Part shown: piece by piece, positions 59,471-64,000 of the stretch
How positions within the stretch are numbered: position 1 is the first letter of the stretch
Layout of the letters: the number at the start of each line of letters is the position of its first letter
Assembly: GCA_009692265.1 (NCBI GenBank)
Contig: SHZM01000006.1
Span: 3,080 to 67,079, forward strand
Direction: 5' to 3'
Source: Gammaproteobacteria bacterium
GTDB taxonomy: Bacteria > Pseudomonadota > Gammaproteobacteria > Ga0077536
Length of the DNA stretch: 64,000 nucleotides
Translations under genes and position numbers: made by a program
Notes under the pieces: model-generated
The model's input: the letters and a program-made list of their open reading frames with translations, nothing else
Told to the model about the DNA's origin: nothing
The model's database searches: none

Positions 59471-60856
59471 ATGCCTGCTGATCCGACCGGTGTACTCGCA
59501 CCCGCTTCCCGTCTTCACCAACTATTGCTTTGTGAAGCGATCCGGCGTCAAGAAGAACGCGGCGAAGTGTTGAATGATGGCGCGGCAACGCTAAACGCGC
59601 GGCAGGCCAACACGAGCTTCCCCGCGAAGATTCAAGCCCGTGCGCTAAATCTCGCGCGCGACAGCGGCCAACTTCAATCGCTACAACGATGGCTCCGCAC
59701 CGCGCGTGCGGCGCTGGTGGGTCTCCTCATCCTCGCCGCAGTTAGTGGCGTCGGCTTCGCGGTTGCTGCGCTCGGCGGCGGCCGAGTGAATCTCGCATGG
59801 GCGCTGGGCTGCCTGCTAGGCATGCACTTGGTGAGCCTAACTTTGTGGATCATTTCGTTAAGTTTCGGTCGACACCTGTTCGGCACACTGGTGAGCCAGG
59901 GGTGGTTGTGGCTCAGCAGCCGAGTTGACCGGCAAGGCGCATCGGAACCGTGGACCGCAAGCCTGGTCGGCTTGCGCGAGGGAGCACGCGCGGGGCGTTG
60001 GGGAATCGCGCTTGTCACGCACGGGTGGTGGCTAGTCGCGTTGAGCTTCTCCGCGTTAACCGTCGTGGCGCTATTGGTGATTCGCCGCTATAGCTTTGCT
60101 TGGGAAACGACGCTGTTAAATCCAGATACTTTCGTGGCCGTCACTCACCGCCTCGGTGCGCTACCGGCGCTGCTCGGATTTTCGTTACCGAGTGAGGCCA
60201 TGATCCGCGCCTCCAGCGAGGCCAACATCGACCACTTACGCTTCGCGTGGTCAAGTTGGCTGCTTGGGGTGTTGTTAGTTTACGGCGTCGCGCTGCGCTT
60301 GCTGTTGGCCTTATTCAGTTGGCATCGATGGGTACGGGCAAAAGCCGCCTTGGAACTCGATCTCGATCAGCCCGGCTACGCGTTACTGCGCGACCGTTTA
60401 ATGCCAACGGTGGAGCACTTGGGTATCAATGATCCGGCTTCTGACGTCGACGCGGCCAACGCCATCGTGGCTGCCGGTCGTCCGGTAGAAGGTGCGTTTC
60501 TGGTCGGCATCGAGCTTGATGGAACCCGACCCTGGCCACCAGCCTTACCCGAAGGGGTCATTGACCTAGGCGTGTTGGACTCGCGGGAACAGCGCCGCCA
60601 ACTGCTTACGCAGATCGCGCTACGCCCCGCCGCACGCTTAGTAATCGCCTGCGATCCACAGCGTTCGCCCGATCGCGGGACGGTGGCCTTAATTCGTGAG
60701 TTGGCTGCCGGCGCGGCACAGACTCGCCTGTGGCTTTCGCCGCTTCCGGGACAGGCGGTTGAACCGCGACGGATCGAAACCTGGCACTCCGCTTTACAAG
60801 GTGTCGTCCGCACCACCGAAGCACCTCTGCACTGGCTCGTTAACGGCGATGACTGA
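59471..60856 (+). CDS. DUF2868 domain-containing membrane protein
   Basis: 461 aa with multiple TM helices. It overlaps the following GTPase gene by 8 nt, a typical DUF2868-DUF3482 operon. Confidence 0.65.
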   Translation: MPADPTGVLAPASRLHQLLLCEAIRRQEERGEVLNDGAATLNARQANTSFPAKIQARALNLARDSGQLQSLQRWLRTARAALVGLLILAAVSGVGFAVAALGGGRVNLAWALGCLLGMHLVSLTLWIISLSFGRHLFGTLVSQGWLWLSSRVDRQGASEPWTASLVGLREGARAGRWGIALVTHGWWLVALSFSALTVVALLVIRRYSFAWETTLLNPDTFVAVTHRLGALPALLGFSLPSEAMIRASSEANIDHLRFAWSSWLLGVLLVYGVALRLLLALFSWHRWVRAKAALELDLDQPGYALLRDRLMPTVEHLGINDPASDVDAANAIVAAGRPVEGAFLVGIELDGTRPWPPALPEGVIDLGVLDSREQRRQLLTQIALRPAARLVIACDPQRSPDRGTVALIRELAAGAAQTRLWLSPLPGQAVEPRRIETWHSALQGVVRTTEAPLHWLVNGDD

Positions 60857-62213
60857 GCCACTGAAGCTAGCCGTGGTTGGTCACGCCAATGTAGGTAAGA
60901 CCTCATTGATGCGCACCCTACTTCGCGACCCGGAATTTGGAGTGGTCGCGCACACCCCCGGAACAACGAGACATGTAGAAGGCGCGAGGATGTCGGTCGC
61001 TGGTGATCCCGTCCTTGAACTTTATGACACACCGGGCCTGGAGGACGCGATCGAATTGCTCGCGCGTCTTGATCAACCCCTGCGCCCAAATGAACAACTC
61101 GATGGGCCAGCGCGGCTTGAGCGGTTTCTACAGACCTACGAAGCCCACACTCGCTTCGAACAAGAGTCAAAGGTAATACGCCAATTACTCGGCTCAACCG
61201 CGGGACTCTACGTGATTGATGTGCGCGAACCCGTACTGGCGAAATACCGCGATGAGCTCGCCATCCTCGCCATGTGTGGCCGTCCCCTGTTGCCGGTGCT
61301 GAACTTCGTCAACGCCGAGAACCGTGAAGCTGCATGGCGCACCGCGCTTGCGCGCCTGGGTCTGCACGCGGTGGTGTGCTTCGACACGGTAGCGCCGAGC
61401 GTAGACGGTGAACCCCGCTTATACGAGAGCCTTGCTCTGCTGATCGAAGCGGGACGTCCACAACTGCAGCGTGTGCTGGACGATCACCTTGCGCAGCGTC
61501 GGTTGCGCCGCCAAGCAGGTGCTCGGCTAATCGCTGAATTATTGCTCGACAGCGCGGCCGCCCAGCGGACAGTCGCGGCGGCGGACGTTCTACACGAAAC
61601 AACGCAACTTCAAGTGGCGATTCGCGAGCGCGAACAAGTCTGCGTCAAGGCTCTGCTTCGCTGCTACAACTTTCACCCGAATGACGTCGTCACCCATTCG
61701 CTACCATTGCTGGCTGGCCGTTGGCGTGATGATTTATTTAACCCCGAAACTTTGCGGGTGTTCGGTGTGCGGATCGGCACCGGGATGGTCGCCGGCGCGG
61801 CTGCCGGTGTCGGGATCGATATTTTCACTGGCGGCTTGAGTCTGGGCGCGGCCACTTTACTTGGTGCCCTCATCGGCGGCGCGTGGCAGAGCGTCGGACA
61901 CTACGGCACCCGACTCCGCGGCAAACTCCAAGGTCAACGAACTCTAACCATCGACGACTCGATAGTGTGCCTGCTGGTGCTACGCCAAAGTCAGCTGCTC
62001 GCGATGCTTGAACGTCGCGGCCATGCAGCGCTGGAAGCAATGACCTTGGAAGCTCCAAACGAGGCCGCATGGATCACCGGGAAGCTCCCGGAAACAGTGC
62101 GTAAAGCGCGTGCACATCCGGAATGGTCGACATTAAATTCCACCTGCGACTTAGACACGCCTAGGCGTAGCACCGCGATCGAGAACTTAATGGCCGCGCT
62201 AATAATGAACTGA
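60849..62213 (+). CDS. GTPase/DUF3482 domain-containing protein
   Basis: 'LKLAVVGHANVGKTSLMRTLL' is a P-loop (G1) and 'DTPG' is G3. The C-terminal half resembles DUF3482 with glycine-rich membrane-associating segments. Confidence 0.75.
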   Translation: MTEPLKLAVVGHANVGKTSLMRTLLRDPEFGVVAHTPGTTRHVEGARMSVAGDPVLELYDTPGLEDAIELLARLDQPLRPNEQLDGPARLERFLQTYEAHTRFEQESKVIRQLLGSTAGLYVIDVREPVLAKYRDELAILAMCGRPLLPVLNFVNAENREAAWRTALARLGLHAVVCFDTVAPSVDGEPRLYESLALLIEAGRPQLQRVLDDHLAQRRLRRQAGARLIAELLLDSAAAQRTVAAADVLHETTQLQVAIREREQVCVKALLRCYNFHPNDVVTHSLPLLAGRWRDDLFNPETLRVFGVRIGTGMVAGAAAGVGIDIFTGGLSLGAATLLGALIGGAWQSVGHYGTRLRGKLQGQRTLTIDDSIVCLLVLRQSQLLAMLERRGHAALEAMTLEAPNEAAWITGKLPETVRKARAHPEWSTLNSTCDLDTPRRSTAIENLMAALIMN

Positions 62214-62402
62214 CCTACGCGCAACCGTGCCGCTCGCGGGCAATCAGTGCCTTGACAATAACTGCTTAGGCAGTAATATCGCGGCGTGCCCCCCGCCCCA
62301 CCTCCAACCAGCGCTCCTGTGCGGCGCGCGCGTTCGTCCTCCAACAAGGCGGAGCATTACCGTGGCGACAAATACGCCATCGATGATTCCTATGGTTACT
62401 TG

Positions 62403-62810
62403 ATGCGGCGCTTGCAGGCGTCGCTCCTACGGCATATCGACAAGCGGATCCGACCCTACGATCTCACGGCGTTGCAATGGGGACCGCTGCTGCTGCTCGC
62501 GCAGAACAAGGGCAATACCGCCGCGGCGCTCGCGCGGGCGCTCGAAATCGATACCGGCGCAATGACCCGCATGGTGGATCGCCTGGAGACTAAAAAACTT
62601 GTGCGTCGTACTCGAAGCACCGGTGATCGCCGGGTCGTGCATCTTGAGTTGACGAGCGAAGGTCGACGCGTTGTCGAGCAGGTACCGTTCGTGCTCGCTG
62701 ACGTGCTGAATCTTCATTTAACCGGATTCACGCGCGCCGAAACGGAACAGTTCGTCGATTTTCTACGGCGAATGATTGGCAATGGAAGCGGAACCGATGT
62801 TGCCCGTTAA
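62403..62810 (+). CDS. MarR-family transcriptional regulator
   Basis: 'LTALQWGPLLLLAQN…MVDRLETKKLVRRTRSTGDRRVVHLELTSEGRRVVEQ' is a MarR winged helix. The upstream part of the 62286 ORF (Arg-rich) is probably untranslated. Confidence 0.75.
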   Translation: MRRLQASLLRHIDKRIRPYDLTALQWGPLLLLAQNKGNTAAALARALEIDTGAMTRMVDRLETKKLVRRTRSTGDRRVVHLELTSEGRRVVEQVPFVLADVLNLHLTGFTRAETEQFVDFLRRMIGNGSGTDVAR

Positions 62811-64000
62811 GTTGATGACCCTACGAGCGGCGCTCGTATTGCTTATTGCCGTCGGCCTCGGCTGCGTCCGGTTTGATGGCATCGAGACTGAAGGCAAACA
62901 GCTAGAACCACCTGTGAGTCTACTCGACACAACGTTCGCCGCGTGGCCGGACGCCGCGTGGTGGACCGAGTATCAGGATTCAGCCCTTAGCCGTCTCATC
63001 GAGCACGCGCTGGCGGAGAATCCCACTATTGAGCTGGCCGAAGCACGCCTACGCGCAGCCCAGGCAGCAAGCGAATTCGTCGGCGCCGCTCGCCAACCGC
63101 GGCTCGAAGCGAGCTTCGACAGTACCTGGCAACGGTATAGCGAAAACGGTTTTGCCCCGCCGTTCGCCGGCGGATCTCACGACACCGATAATCGCCTCGC
63201 CTTCGATGCCAGTTACGAACTCGATTTATTTGGCCGCCAGCGCGCCGCGCTGGCCGCGACCGAGGCCCAGGTCACGGCCACGCAAGCGGCAACCCAAACA
63301 GCACGTCTCGGCGTTGCCACCGCGGTCGCCAGAGTCTATTTCCAACTCGCGCAGGCCTGCGCTGAACACTCTGTGGTAGAACAAACGCTAAAACAGCGCC
63401 GTCATATCGTTGATCTCGTCAAATCACGGGTTGCACTCGGAATCGATTCCAATGTCGAGTTACGGCAGGCCGAAGGAGCGATCCCGCGCACCCAAGAGGA
63501 ACTCGCGTTACTGCTGGAACGGATCTCATTGCTGCGGATTTCATTGAGCCGCCTCACGCTTGCACCGCCCGCGACGACAGATACCTTGGTCCCACAGCTG
63601 ACTCGGATCCCAACCCCGATTCTGCCCGGCATCATTCCATCTGATCTGGTGGCGCGCAGGCCCGATGTCGTCGCTGCTCAGTGGCGGATCGCGGCAACCT
63701 TCAAGGGCGTCGAATCAGTCCGCGCCGAGTTTTATCCCAGCGTGAATCTCTCAGCGTTTGCCGGTTTCGGCGCGCTGGGGTTGGGTGCCTTACTCCAGGG
63801 CAGCTCATTGATTTACGGCGTCGCGCCGACGCTTCGCCTCCCGATTTTCGATGCCGATCGGCTGCGCGGAAAACTCAAATTCGTTAACGCACAGACCGAT
63901 ATCGCGATCGCCGAATACAACGACACCCTGCTCCACGCCATGGGCGAGGTAGTGCGTGCGGTCACCTCGATCCGAACCTTGGAACAGCGCACTACGGCCC
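62797..64000 (+). CDS. Efflux transporter outer-membrane factor (TolC/NodT family), 3'-partial
   Basis: A lipoprotein-like N-terminus 'LLIAVGLGC' is followed by OEP-repeat helices ('…ELAEARLRAAQAASEFVGAARQPRLEAS…'). It continues beyond the window and its start overlaps the MarR stop. Confidence 0.8.
   Translation, partial: MLPVKLMTLRAALVLLIAVGLGCVRFDGIETEGKQLEPPVSLLDTTFAAWPDAAWWTEYQDSALSRLIEHALAENPTIELAEARLRAAQAASEFVGAARQPRLEASFDSTWQRYSENGFAPPFAGGSHDTDNRLAFDASYELDLFGRQRAALAATEAQVTATQAATQTARLGVATAVARVYFQLAQACAEHSVVEQTLKQRRHIVDLVKSRVALGIDSNVELRQAEGAIPRTQEELALLLERISLLRISLSRLTLAPPATTDTLVPQLTRIPTPILPGIIPSDLVARRPDVVAAQWRIAATFKGVESVRAEFYPSVNLSAFAGFGALGLGALLQGSSLIYGVAPTLRLPIFDADRLRGKLKFVNAQTDIAIAEYNDTLLHAMGEVVRAVTSIRTLEQRTTA

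Noticed and set aside
60376-61197. 273-aa minus-strand ORF over the DUF2868/GTPase junction
   Set aside because: It is antisense to the P-loop GTPase. The translation is Arg/Ser-rich.
1-64000. CRISPR arrays, rRNA or tRNA genes
   Set aside because: There are no regularly spaced short direct repeats and no rRNA- or tRNA-like conserved blocks. The only repeats are the three ~240 bp dispersed copies and the IS256 terminal inverted repeats.

Overview
This is a 64 kb stretch of high-GC (~63%) proteobacterial chromosome. Gene identities were read from motifs in the provided six-frame translations, since no searches could be run. I found no rRNA or tRNA genes and no CRISPR array. The window splits into four parts.

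- **1–11 kb, catabolic genes:** an alpha/beta hydrolase, two LLM flavin oxidoreductases, a PEP mutase/ICL-like gene, hydantoinase A and B, a cyclase and a nitroreductase.
- **11–20.7 kb, decayed mosaic:** two IS91-family transposase remnants, an intact IS256 element, and several gene fragments. A ~200–240 bp repeat is present in three copies here (one at 2.2 kb), two of which flank an intact MetX-like hydrolase gene.
- **20.7–32 kb, assorted accessory genes:**
  - RidA, an acyl-CoA dehydrogenase, a TylF-type methyltransferase and a bicupin.
  - A protein with a VPLPA/PEP-CTERM sorting signal, a gamma-class carbonic anhydrase and a CitE-like lyase next to a decayed CoA-transferase gene.
  - An NtaA-like monooxygenase preceded by a large inverted repeat.
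- **32.8–45.8 kb, best candidate for a new system:**
  - Two paralogous three-gene cassettes: a small N,N-dimethylformamidase (DMFase) alpha-like gene, a DMFase beta-like large subunit of ~800 aa, and a ~130–140 aa protein of unknown function.
  - The third gene overlaps the large-subunit stop by 4 nt (GTGA or ATGA) in each cassette.
  - The cassettes flank an operon of two glutamine-synthetase-like genes, a PhyH-type Fe/2OG dioxygenase and a class I glutamine amidotransferase.
  - Cassette A continues into an ammonium transporter gene.
  - I read this as an amide/alkylamine nitrogen-scavenging system using gamma-glutamylation.

The remaining 46–64 kb carries a lytic-transglycosylase-domain protein, MOSC and sterol-desaturase family genes, asnB, lptD, two acyl-CoA dehydrogenases, a GGDEF cyclase, a DUF2868 plus GTPase/DUF3482 pair, and MarR with a partial outer-membrane efflux gene.

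A second notable item sits at 53.8–54.3 kb. A gene is split by an in-frame TGA inside a U-G-S-C-T-S-C (UxxCxxC) motif, with a hairpin 11 nt downstream. This looks like a UGSC-type selenoprotein. It is coupled by an ATGA overlap to a thioredoxin-fold (CPTC) protein.

Many long ORFs in the track are antisense shadows typical of GC-rich DNA and were rejected.
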